DNA of 37,478 nucleotides from Candidatus Kaiserbacteria bacterium (GCA_027082835.1 JALWTP010000040.1:1-37478), one strand, 5' to 3'. Positions 25,298 to 33,739 are shown, counted from the first letter of the stretch. Translations and numbers: made by a program. The notes: generated by a model from the letters alone, not told the origin.

Positions 25298-25651
25298 CTA
25301 TGGTTTTGGCGTGTATATCACATTAATCTCTTGTTTTTTAGTTTTGCCAAATTTGTCCTGTGCTTCCAATGTAAGGTGATTGAGCCCTTTTGTGAGCAGT
25401 ATGGTTCTGCTAAACATATTATTTTCGTCAATCATTGCCTCTTTTCCTTCAATGGTTAATTTGGCGACATTTCGCACGGTCCCTGCTATGTTTATTTTTT
25501 GGTCGTGTACCGTGAGGGTGTTGTTAAAGTCCAATTTTATTTCCGGACCATAGAGCACATTGCGAGCTTCAAAATATGCATACCCAAGTATCAAAATAAA
25601 AAGTATTACAAATACATATTTGAGCAAATGTGAATGAAAAGTGATTGCCAT
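25298..25651 (-). CDS. 117-aa membrane-anchored protein, function unknown
   Basis: An N-terminal TM helix (YVFVILFILILGYAYF) is followed by a beta-rich domain of about 85 aa. It lies between ftsK and recA on the same strand. Confidence 0.55.
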   Translation of the reverse strand: MAITFHSHLLKYVFVILFILILGYAYFEARNVLYGPEIKLDFNNTLTVHDQKINIAGTVRNVAKLTIEGKEAMIDENNMFSRTILLTKGLNHLTLEAQDKFGKTKKQEINVIYTPKP

Positions 25652-25697
25652 ACTATTATTATCTCTATCACTTCAGTGTACTACATATATACATTCT

Positions 25698-28133
25698 CTA
25701 CAGTCGTGTAGTTGTGTATATGTCACTGTCTTCTTCGTCCGAGTCTTCTTCATCATATTCAGCCTCTGTGCTGCTGTCTGTTGTAGTTGATTCGGAGCTT
25801 TCGTCTTCGGTTTCTGTTTCCATTTCTTCTGCTGGCTCTGTATCAGTTGAGACAAGAGAAGGGGAATCATCATCATATTCTTCTTGTTGTTCGTCAGTCT
25901 GCACAGCATCGGCAATAACTTCTCGCGGTTTTGATCCTTCTTGTGGTCCTACGATGCCGTTTTCTTCCAACATATCCATTAAGCGAGCAGCACGAGCATA
26001 TCCTATGCGCAACTTGCGTTGCAAGAATGAAGTAGAACCTTTCCCGGCTTCTATAATGATATTTTTGGCTTCGTCATACAGAGCGTCTTCCTCGTCGGTT
26101 TCAATACTGCCCGAGCCACCGACAGTTGCAGAGAATATACTGCTATCGTGCCCCACTTCGGTGAGATCTATTTCATCAGGGAGTTCATCACTATATGAAT
26201 CAGCAAGATATTTCACTGTTGCTTTCACTTCGTCTTCCGTTACAAACGGAGCTTGTATACGACGAGGCTTACTCATCTCGCCCGACAAAAAGAGCATATC
26301 ACCCGCGCCGAGTAGTTTTTCAGCACCTCCCATATCTAAAATGGTCCGCGAGTCAATCTGAGACGATACTTGAAGTGCAAGTCGTGAAGGTATGTTGGCC
26401 TTAATGAGTCCGGTAATAACCTGTACACTCGGCCTTTGTGTAGAGAGTATAAGGTGAATACCAACGGCACGGCTCATCTGTGCAAGGCGTACAATTGCCG
26501 ACTCCAGCTCGCGTGGGTATGCCTGCATCAAGTCGGAAAGCTCGTCTATAACCGTTACGATATATGGCATTGGCTCAGGAGCGTCTTCTGCACCCTTTGC
26601 CGGCTCATATATATTCGCATGATACGATGCAATGTCGCGCACTTTCTCGGCTTCCAGTATGTCGTAGCGTCTATCCATCTCCTTTGCGAGCCATTTAAGC
26701 GCAAGGATGGCTTTCTTTGGGTCGGTAATAACAGGTGTAAGCAAGTGAGGTATGGAATTATAGAGTGTGAGCTCCACGCGTTTAGGATCAACCATAACAA
26801 AACGCAAATCTTGTGGGCCCTTTCGGTAGAGTAGACTCATTATAAGGTCGTGTACGGTAACCGATTTACCTGCACCGGTCGCACCGGCGATAAGCAGGTG
26901 TGGCATCTTGGCGATGTTCGCATAGTGAGGTTTTCCGGTGATGTCTCTACCGAGGGTAATCAAAAGTGGCTTGTCAGACTTCTGAAACTCTTTTTCAGAC
27001 ATAAGTGTAGCGAGTCCGAGAGTTGACTTGGTGGTGTTTGGCACCTCAATACCTACCAATGCTTTTCCGGGGATAGGGGCTTCTATTCGTATAGGGCTAG
27101 CAGCGAGTGCGAGTTCCAAGTTGCTTTGCAGACTGAGTATTTTAGCAAGACGTACTCCTTCTGCCGGCTTCATTGCGTATCTGGTCACAGTCGGTCCGAT
27201 AGATACTTCATCCATCACGACCGATATACCAAAGTTGTTCAGAGTTCTTTTTATGGTGTTTGCACTTGCTTTCACATCGCCCACAGCAGGACGCCCTTTA
27301 TCTTTTTTAAGGATTGAAAGTGGCGGAGGAGTATATTCACCACTTTTGCCTGATGAGAAATTAAATATAGATGGTTCTGCATCTGCTTTGCCTGCGCCAA
27401 AGTTAAAGATACCCGCCGACTTTTCTTTTGCATCTGTATCAGAGGCATCTTCCTCATTTTCATTTTGTTGTTCGCTGAGCTGTTCGTGTTCTTTGGTATG
27501 CTCGTCTATGGTGGCTTGCTCTTCTTCTTCAAGTACATTTTCTTCCTCCTTTTCCTTTTTAAATATGAGTGCCATAGCCGAGGCGAATATCTTTTGCAAG
27601 TGAGTATCAAATGCAATCAAAAGGGTAACGATGATGAGTCCACATAAAACCAAAATAGTTGCAGTAGTATCCACCGCATAGATAAGGGGAGCAGATACCA
27701 ACTCACCTGCAAGCCCTCCATTTCCCGTGGAGACAGTTTCTATCAAGCCAAGACCACTGAGAAAGAATATAACAGTGCTTGCAATCTTAAAGGTGCTTAC
27801 ATCTTTTTTGTTTAGCTCACTGAAAAAGACAACAGCAAGTAATACAAACGAAATAGGTACGAGTGTATACCCCACACCAAAAAGAGCACCGAGCCATATA
27901 TAGAGTGTCGTGCCGAGCTTGCCCGCCATATTAAACTCAGCAAGCAAAAAGAATACGGCAAGTAGTATGAAGAGTATCGCCCATACACTTCGCATTGTGT
28001 CGGGTGCTACCGGTGCGTGACGGAGATGCACTTCTTTTTCTTGTACTTGTGGTTTTTTTCGAGGTCTTCCCGGGCCTCGTTTTGTTTTTTTGTTTGCACT
28101 CTTTTTTTCAGATTTAGACGATCGGGCCACCAT
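25698..28133 (-). CDS. ftsK: DNA translocase FtsK/SpoIIIE with acidic C-terminal tail
   Basis: It has a basic N-terminus, four to five TM helices, the Walker A motif LIAGATGAGKSV, and a gamma-domain winged helix (LQRKLRIGYARAARLMDMLEENGIVGP). Confidence 0.95.
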   Translation of the reverse strand: MVARSSKSEKKSANKKTKRGPGRPRKKPQVQEKEVHLRHAPVAPDTMRSVWAILFILLAVFFLLAEFNMAGKLGTTLYIWLGALFGVGYTLVPISFVLLAVVFFSELNKKDVSTFKIASTVIFFLSGLGLIETVSTGNGGLAGELVSAPLIYAVDTTATILVLCGLIIVTLLIAFDTHLQKIFASAMALIFKKEKEEENVLEEEEQATIDEHTKEHEQLSEQQNENEEDASDTDAKEKSAGIFNFGAGKADAEPSIFNFSSGKSGEYTPPPLSILKKDKGRPAVGDVKASANTIKRTLNNFGISVVMDEVSIGPTVTRYAMKPAEGVRLAKILSLQSNLELALAASPIRIEAPIPGKALVGIEVPNTTKSTLGLATLMSEKEFQKSDKPLLITLGRDITGKPHYANIAKMPHLLIAGATGAGKSVTVHDLIMSLLYRKGPQDLRFVMVDPKRVELTLYNSIPHLLTPVITDPKKAILALKWLAKEMDRRYDILEAEKVRDIASYHANIYEPAKGAEDAPEPMPYIVTVIDELSDLMQAYPRELESAIVRLAQMSRAVGIHLILSTQRPSVQVITGLIKANIPSRLALQVSSQIDSRTILDMGGAEKLLGAGDMLFLSGEMSKPRRIQAPFVTEDEVKATVKYLADSYSDELPDEIDLTEVGHDSSIFSATVGGSGSIETDEEDALYDEAKNIIIEAGKGSTSFLQRKLRIGYARAARLMDMLEENGIVGPQEGSKPREVIADAVQTDEQQEEYDDDSPSLVSTDTEPAEEMETETEDESSESTTTDSSTEAEYDEEDSDEEDSDIYTTTRL

Positions 28134-28289
28134 GATTTTAATTTACATTTATAACTAAGAATACATACCATAATACCATATTACAGACATCAATATGAGC
28201 ACTCGGTATGCAGGTACAAAGTATAAAAGCGACACACCACTACGATACTTTGTACAAACTGCAACTACTGTGTCGCAATTAAAACTCTA

Positions 28290-28317
28290 TTGACCATAAA
28301 GGACATACACTTATAAT
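28290..28317 (+). promoter_or_regulatory. near-consensus sigma70 promoter of the wHTH gene
   Basis: TTGACC (28290-28295), 16-nt spacer, TATAAT (28312-28317). The spacer is filled by an ATAAAGGACAT box. Confidence 0.55.
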
Positions 28318-28464
28318 GGACATATTCATAAAAGACATAAAGGACACGATAAAGGACATTGTATAAAGGACAAATCTAATGGACATACAATGCATAAATG
28401 TCCTTTATATAAAGGACACGAGTATGGCAAAAGAACTATATAACAAGCGTTCTATAAAGGACAT
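28296..28464 (+). repeat. cluster of ten ATAAAGGACAy boxes (nine direct, one inverted)
   Basis: By hand count, direct copies start at 28296, 28313, 28328, 28337, 28349, 28363, 28376, 28409 and 28454, and an inverted copy at 28398. The perfect 20-nt palindrome TGTCCTTTATATAAAGGACA spans 28399-28418. Confidence 0.85.
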
Positions 28465-29254
28465 AACAAAGATGCTTAATAAAAGCACGACAGCATTCAT
28501 TAATCCGTTTGGTGAAAATACAGTAGGAGCTGTTTTGTATGCTCGAGCAGAGCGACTTGCCACCGCGACCTATTTGGTGACCAATGCGATACCGTACAAA
28601 GAAGAAATACGAAATACCATTCGCAGACAAGCGCGTCACCTTATCGCACTTGTTTTAGAGTTGCGATCAGGTGTGCATACTGTCGGCACACAATCGGTTA
28701 CCGATCTTGTTGTATGTGTGAAGCATTGTGTATCACTTATAGATTTGCTTTATGTTTCCGGACTTATTTCAGAAATGAACGCAGAAGTGCTCAAAGGAGC
28801 ATATACCGACTTTGGTATGTACATACAAAATGCAATGATCGACAATCGCGCGGATGCAGTTGCGATTGCACAGGACTTTTTTGCACAAGTTCCGGAACAG
28901 CAAATAGAAAAAGATGCTTCTCAAGGACATAAAGGACAAAGTAAAAAAAGTATAAAGGACATAAAGGACACGATAAAGGACACGGAAAGTATAAAGGACA
29001 TAAAGGACACGCAACAAAAAAACAGCGTTAGAAAACAACCACTTAATGAGCGTAAGCGATTGGCGCACCGTAGAATGCAGGTAATAGATGTTATTACTCA
29101 AAAGGGAAGAGCAAGTAGTAAAGAGATTCAAATTGCGCTACCGAACTTAAGTGCAAAGATGATTTCTCGCGAATTGCACTCGCTTGTAGAAGATGGAGTT
29201 ATTGAGCGTGAAGGAGAGAAAAGATGGGCTGTATACTCGCTATCTCTCGCCTAA
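28424..29254 (+). CDS. winged-helix (DeoR-like HTH) DNA-binding protein with helical N-domain and IKD-repeat linker
   Basis: The C-terminus RMQVIDVITQKGRASSKEIQIALPNLSAKMISRELHSLVEDGVIEREG looks like a wHTH. The ATG at 28424 is preferred over 28379, which lies within the box array. AAAGGA sits 7 nt upstream. Confidence 0.65.
   Translation: MAKELYNKRSIKDITKMLNKSTTAFINPFGENTVGAVLYARAERLATATYLVTNAIPYKEEIRNTIRRQARHLIALVLELRSGVHTVGTQSVTDLVVCVKHCVSLIDLLYVSGLISEMNAEVLKGAYTDFGMYIQNAMIDNRADAVAIAQDFFAQVPEQQIEKDASQGHKGQSKKSIKDIKDTIKDTESIKDIKDTQQKNSVRKQPLNERKRLAHRRMQVIDVITQKGRASSKEIQIALPNLSAKMISRELHSLVEDGVIEREGEKRWAVYSLSLA
28920..29010 (+). repeat. seven further ATAAAGGACAy boxes inside the wHTH coding sequence
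   Basis: Copies start at 28920 (degenerate), 28929, 28952, 28961, 28973, 28991 and 29000. They are translated as KGQSKKSIKDIKDTIKDTESIKDIKDT. Confidence 0.85.
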
Positions 29255-29952
29255 TCATAAAAAATAGCAATGATAGTTGAAAAATGGCTTTGTGAAGTCA
29301 TTTTTCTGTAACTTTACTCATTTTTATCTCTTTATTATGTAATTTGGGCTATTTTTATTTTAACACTTTTTGGATCTTGCGTCATATAACAACACACAAT
29401 TAATAGGTATGAAAACCGTTGACTTTATACAATAAACCAGTATCCTTATAGCACCACTAAAGCCAAGAATACTTGCCGTTTATAACGGTCGCTTTAGTGT
29501 ACGCGATATGCACATATCGCTGTTTGATAAAATAAGGAAAGTATTCGCTATCCACATTACCCACTTGGGTTTATTGCTCACTTGGCTGAGCGATATATAA
29601 TGTGGAGGAAGCTATGTATTTTTCATAGCGATGTGTACCTTGAAAATGTTTCTCGTAAGCACGGTAAAAGGTGTATTACGAAGAGCTACATAATCACATC
29701 TTATAATTAAATGCATTTAGTTATGCATTGTTTTCCGCACGGACGCTCTGTTCAGAATATGAAAAAGTAACTCAGTATATCGGTCTTCATTATGTTAGCT
29801 ACCTCGCAATTCTATTGTGTCGAAATATATGATAGAAGCGAGATGGCAATTAAAAGCAAAGTCGCATTGCAATGAAGTCAAACAACGCCATTACAATTTA
29901 TTATTAGTAGTAATTATTGTTGTTTGCTTTTCAAGTAATGTGGCGCCTACAG

Positions 29953-29974
29953 TAAATTGTATGCATACAATTTA
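29953..29974. promoter_or_regulatory. perfect 22-nt palindrome TAAATTGTATGCATACAATTTA (candidate operator)
   Basis: Exact dyad symmetry, about 190 nt upstream of the surface-protein ATG. Confidence 0.5.
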
Positions 29975-30026
29975 TTGTGGATGAAAAAGTGTGGTGTCTA
30001 TTTGGTCGACAAATAGCGTGCCGCAG

Positions 30027-30095
30027 CTATGGACGTCTCCGGGCATCGAATGATACCTCGGGGATATTTCCCCGGGAACGCCGAGGGCCCCATAG
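30027..30095 (+). promoter_or_regulatory. GC-rich structured element in the 5' region of the surface-protein gene (class unknown)
   Basis: The closing stem is CTATGG/CCATAG. The inner hairpin is CTCGGGGA-tatt-TCCCCGGG, and mutually exclusive CTCGG/CCGAG and CCGGG pairings are possible. The GC content stands out from the AT-rich flanks. Confidence 0.35.
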
Positions 30096-30162
30096 TCAAA
30101 AAGGTCTATAAGTTTGTAGGACTTGTATTACACGACAAGTACTACATTTAATTAAATAAATT

Positions 30163-33100
30163 ATGAGTAATGTATTAACAAACAAAGTTGCCGCAGGTGC
30201 GGTTGCTGTTGCAATGATCTTCTCATTTGCATTTGCATTCGCTACACCAGCGAAAGCTGCAACAGTGGAAGAGCTTACAGCACAAATAGCTTCACTATTG
30301 GCAACAATTTCATCTCTACAAGCACAGCTTGCAGATATGAAGGGTGGTTCATCAGCAACCACAGGTGGAACATACAACTTCACCAAAAACCTTAAAGTTG
30401 GAATGAGTGATCCTGAAGTTAAAGACTTACAGAAGTTCCTTAACGCAAACGGATTTGCCGTTTCAGCTACCGGAGCAGGATCAGCTGGACACGAAACAGA
30501 ATACTTTGGTTCACGAACCAAAGCAGCTGTTATTGCATGGCAAAATGCAAACAAAGAACATGTTCTTGCACCAGTAGGACTTTCAGCAGGAACAGGATAC
30601 TGGGGATCAAGCTCACGAGCATACGCTAATTCTCTTGGAAGTAGCGATACCACAACAACTGGTACCACTACAACAACTCCAACAGGAACAGGTGTAACCG
30701 TGTCAGCTGCCGCACAACCGGCAAATGGTCTTGCAGTTCAAGGAGCATCACGCGTTCCATTTACAAAATTCACTATAACCAACAACAGCGGATCTAATCA
30801 AACAATTAATTCTGTTACTGTTGAACGAGGTGGATTGATGGATGATTCTGTTTTCTCTGGAGTAGTTCTCCTTGACGAGGACGGTACCCAACTTGGAAAT
30901 GCTCAAACACTTAATTCAGTACATCAAGCAACAATTGGTGAGGCTGTTACTATCCCTGCAGGTGCTTCACGCACATTTACTGTAGCAGGTAATATGGCTT
31001 CATCTCTTGGAGCAAAAGCTGGACAAGTGGGAACACTTTCAGTGGTAGCAGTAAACACTTCAGCAACAGTTGCAGGTTCACTTCCTATCACCGGAGCAGC
31101 ACATACAATAAACGCTACTCTTACAATTGGATCATTGACCTCAACAACCGTGTCTTCATTTGATCCAAATGGAGCGCAAACAAAAAACATCGGAGACACC
31201 GGAGTGCGATTTACCGGACTTCGCTTTACTGCAGGTTCTGCAGAGGATTTGATGTTTAACGGAATCCGATTCCGAATGAACGGATCTGCTTCAGCATCAG
31301 ACCTAGCAAACTTAATGGTAAATGTAAACGGTACCGATTATCCAGCAACTATGTCAGCTGACGGACGATATGCTACAGCTATGGTTCCCGGTGGCGTACT
31401 TGTAAAGAAAGGATACTCAATTGATGTATACATCAAGGGAGATATTGTTGGAAGCAACGCAGCTGGACGAAAAGTAGAATTTGATGTTGACAAAACATCA
31501 GATGTATACTTCACTGGCGTAACATACGGTTATGGAGTGGTGCCTTCAGCAGGTACTGGTACTGTAAGTACAGCTGCTACACATGGTACAACTATTACCA
31601 ATAGTCAACCTTGGTTCCAAGGTTCAACAATCTCAATCTCAGGAGCTTCAGTAACATCTGTTGCGAAGGCATCAGAAGTGCCAGCAGCAAATGTTGCAGT
31701 GAATATTCCTAATACAACATTAGGAGGATTTGTTCTTGATTTGAAAGGAGAACCTCTTAATGTTCAGAGCCTAAAGCTTCATGTAACATATTCGGTAAAC
31801 CGTGCTGCACAAACAGACGTATTGACTAATGTCACATTAGTTGACGAAAATGGTCAAGTGATTGCCGGACCAGCAGATGAGGTGGGAAGTTCTGTAACAG
31901 CGGGAGCAGTTACTCTTTCAAGTAGTATGACATTTCCAACAGGGCGTCATGTCTACACAGTAAAGGGTACAATTGACCCTCAAATTGCTTCTGGAACAAT
32001 TACTATTAGTACAGCACCAAATGTTGACTGGACTAATGTAACCGGGCAAACAACAGGTAATACTATTACCTTGACCACTGGATCATTTAATATGAATCCA
32101 ATGACAATCAAGGCTGCTTCACTTGCAGAAACAGTTGCTGCAACTCCGGTTGCACAACATATTGTTGCCGGAGCAAATGATGTTGTTCTCGCAACATTGC
32201 GATTTGACGCATCAAATTCTGGAGAAGATATTCGCTTCTCAAATCTTCCTGTACAATTTACTGGTAATACCAATCTCTCATCATGTCGAGTAAAAGATGG
32301 TTCAACCAGTCTAACAACGGGAAGTAATGTAATTAGTAATCCTGGTTCTACAGGTACATTCGTATTTGACAATTCGCTTATCGTAAAGCGAGGCACAGTT
32401 AAATCTCTTGATATCGTATGTAACGTAGTAGGATCTGCTTCTGGTACAATCAAAGCCGGTATGGGTGCAGCTTCAGGAATAACTGCAACTGGTGTTGATT
32501 CAAACAATACTGTTACAGTAACTGGATCAGCTGCTTATGGCCAATTAATGACGGTTGGTACGGGTGCAGTAGTTGTTTCAACTGATGCAGCATCACCTTC
32601 AACAGCTCTTGTTTCTGGTGGAAGTACCGGAGTAACGCTTGGTGTGTGGAAGATGCGCGCAACTAATGAAGATGTTCGCGTTGAGAAACTTGGGCTTGCT
32701 CTTACTGGTCACACACAAGATTTGACCAATGTAACTATCTGGAATGGCAGTACACAACTTGCTGGACCAGTTGTATTTACCGGTTCAACACAGGCAGTAA
32801 CTCTTACCAACCCACTTGTATTAAGTAAAGACACTGATACTACAATCACTATCAAAGGTGATATAGCAGCTATCGGAGGTTCTAACCCGGGTACCAGTGG
32901 TTCACACTTAGCTGTAAACTGGAATAATGCTTCAGGTAACAACCAATTTACCGGAGTACAATCGGGTAATGCTATTACTCCATCTGGATCAACTTCAGTT
33001 TCAGGAGTATACGCGTACAACTCGTTCCCAACAGTTGCTAAGCTTGTTACTCCTTCAACTGTTCTTACAACAGGAACTATTGAAACTTCAAGATTTAGTA

Positions 33101-33579
33101 TTACTGCTGACGCAAACAGTAGCATTAGTCTAGATCAAATAGCGGTTGATACTTCTGTTTCTGGAGCTACTACAACAGCAAACTCACTTTATGTATACGC
33201 ATACAGTGACGCAGCTATGAGTCAACCGGTTGCAGGATTTGCCTCTGGTAAGTTAAATACTACAGGTGCTGCATTAGGAGCAGGAACTAAGGTTCCATTT
33301 AGTGCAGTATTACAAATACCTGCAGGGGCAACTCGTTACTTCAAGACAGTAGCAACAGTTACTGCGGTAGCGACAGGTAACTCAATATCTACCAAGATAT
33401 TAGGAGATTCTGCATATTATGCAGAAAATACAGCTGCAAACGCTAAAGGAGCAAATAACTTCGTTTGGGCAGATGACCACAATGGTGCAACTGCCACAGG
33501 AGATGCATTCTGGACAAACGGATTCTCAGTTGCAGGCCTTCCTTCATTAGGAACGGACACAACAGTTCTCTCTAAATAA
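30163..33579 (+). CDS. 1138-aa secreted surface (S-layer-like) protein with peptidoglycan-binding domain and about six tandem beta-sandwich-like modules
   Basis: Signal peptide ending AFATPAKA|ATVEEL, a coiled segment, and a PG_binding_1-like region (GMSDPEVKDLQKFLNANGF...YFGSRTKAAVIAWQ). A poly-Thr linker follows, then about 950 aa rich in T/S/G/A/V/N with only two Cys. Confidence 0.75.
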   Translation: MSNVLTNKVAAGAVAVAMIFSFAFAFATPAKAATVEELTAQIASLLATISSLQAQLADMKGGSSATTGGTYNFTKNLKVGMSDPEVKDLQKFLNANGFAVSATGAGSAGHETEYFGSRTKAAVIAWQNANKEHVLAPVGLSAGTGYWGSSSRAYANSLGSSDTTTTGTTTTTPTGTGVTVSAAAQPANGLAVQGASRVPFTKFTITNNSGSNQTINSVTVERGGLMDDSVFSGVVLLDEDGTQLGNAQTLNSVHQATIGEAVTIPAGASRTFTVAGNMASSLGAKAGQVGTLSVVAVNTSATVAGSLPITGAAHTINATLTIGSLTSTTVSSFDPNGAQTKNIGDTGVRFTGLRFTAGSAEDLMFNGIRFRMNGSASASDLANLMVNVNGTDYPATMSADGRYATAMVPGGVLVKKGYSIDVYIKGDIVGSNAAGRKVEFDVDKTSDVYFTGVTYGYGVVPSAGTGTVSTAATHGTTITNSQPWFQGSTISISGASVTSVAKASEVPAANVAVNIPNTTLGGFVLDLKGEPLNVQSLKLHVTYSVNRAAQTDVLTNVTLVDENGQVIAGPADEVGSSVTAGAVTLSSSMTFPTGRHVYTVKGTIDPQIASGTITISTAPNVDWTNVTGQTTGNTITLTTGSFNMNPMTIKAASLAETVAATPVAQHIVAGANDVVLATLRFDASNSGEDIRFSNLPVQFTGNTNLSSCRVKDGSTSLTTGSNVISNPGSTGTFVFDNSLIVKRGTVKSLDIVCNVVGSASGTIKAGMGAASGITATGVDSNNTVTVTGSAAYGQLMTVGTGAVVVSTDAASPSTALVSGGSTGVTLGVWKMRATNEDVRVEKLGLALTGHTQDLTNVTIWNGSTQLAGPVVFTGSTQAVTLTNPLVLSKDTDTTITIKGDIAAIGGSNPGTSGSHLAVNWNNASGNNQFTGVQSGNAITPSGSTSVSGVYAYNSFPTVAKLVTPSTVLTTGTIETSRFSITADANSSISLDQIAVDTSVSGATTTANSLYVYAYSDAAMSQPVAGFASGKLNTTGAALGAGTKVPFSAVLQIPAGATRYFKTVATVTAVATGNSISTKILGDSAYYAENTAANAKGANNFVWADDHNGATATGDAFWTNGFSVAGLPSLGTDTTVLSK

Positions 33580-33672
33580 GTTTTAGAAAGAATAATCCGG
33601 ATAACTTCTATAGTTAATCGGAGTGTAAAATCTAGAAAGTTAATGCATATAGTATAAACTTCTCTAGTCTTG

Positions 33673-33707
33673 AAAACCCCAAGCGCGCCGGCGCTTGGGG
33701 TTTTCTT
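33673..33707 (+). terminator. rho-independent terminator 1 after the surface-protein gene
   Basis: AAAACCCCAAGCGC-gccg-GCGCTTGGGGTTTT. Confidence 0.75.
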
Positions 33708-33739
33708 GTATCCAATTCTAAATTTTCTCAAGAGTTATT

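Noticed and set aside
25645-26361. 238-aa Ser-rich plus-strand ORF
   Set aside because: It is antisense to the acidic C-terminal tail and gamma domain of ftsK. The GAA/GAT/GAC-rich coding strand reads as Ser/Phe codons on the complement. The product is low-complexity, and the ORF has no SD or promoter.
28379-28423. Upstream ATG start for the wHTH gene
   Set aside because: It would translate the operator-box palindrome itself (MDIQCINVLYIKDTS). The ATG at 28424 has an SD-like AAAGGA at correct spacing. This call is not certain.
28296-28464. Possible CRISPR array or simple tandem repeat
   Set aside because: The repeat unit is only 11 nt, and the spacings are irregular (9-22 nt, some overlapping). 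One copy is inverted, and no cas genes are nearby.
30096-30668. 190-aa minus-strand ORF, plus minus-strand ORFs at 30924-31199, 31980-32507 and 32709-33125
   Set aside because: All are antisense to the 1138-aa surface-protein gene. Its biased Thr/Ser/Gly/Ala codon usage keeps the complementary frames open. None has start-site signals.
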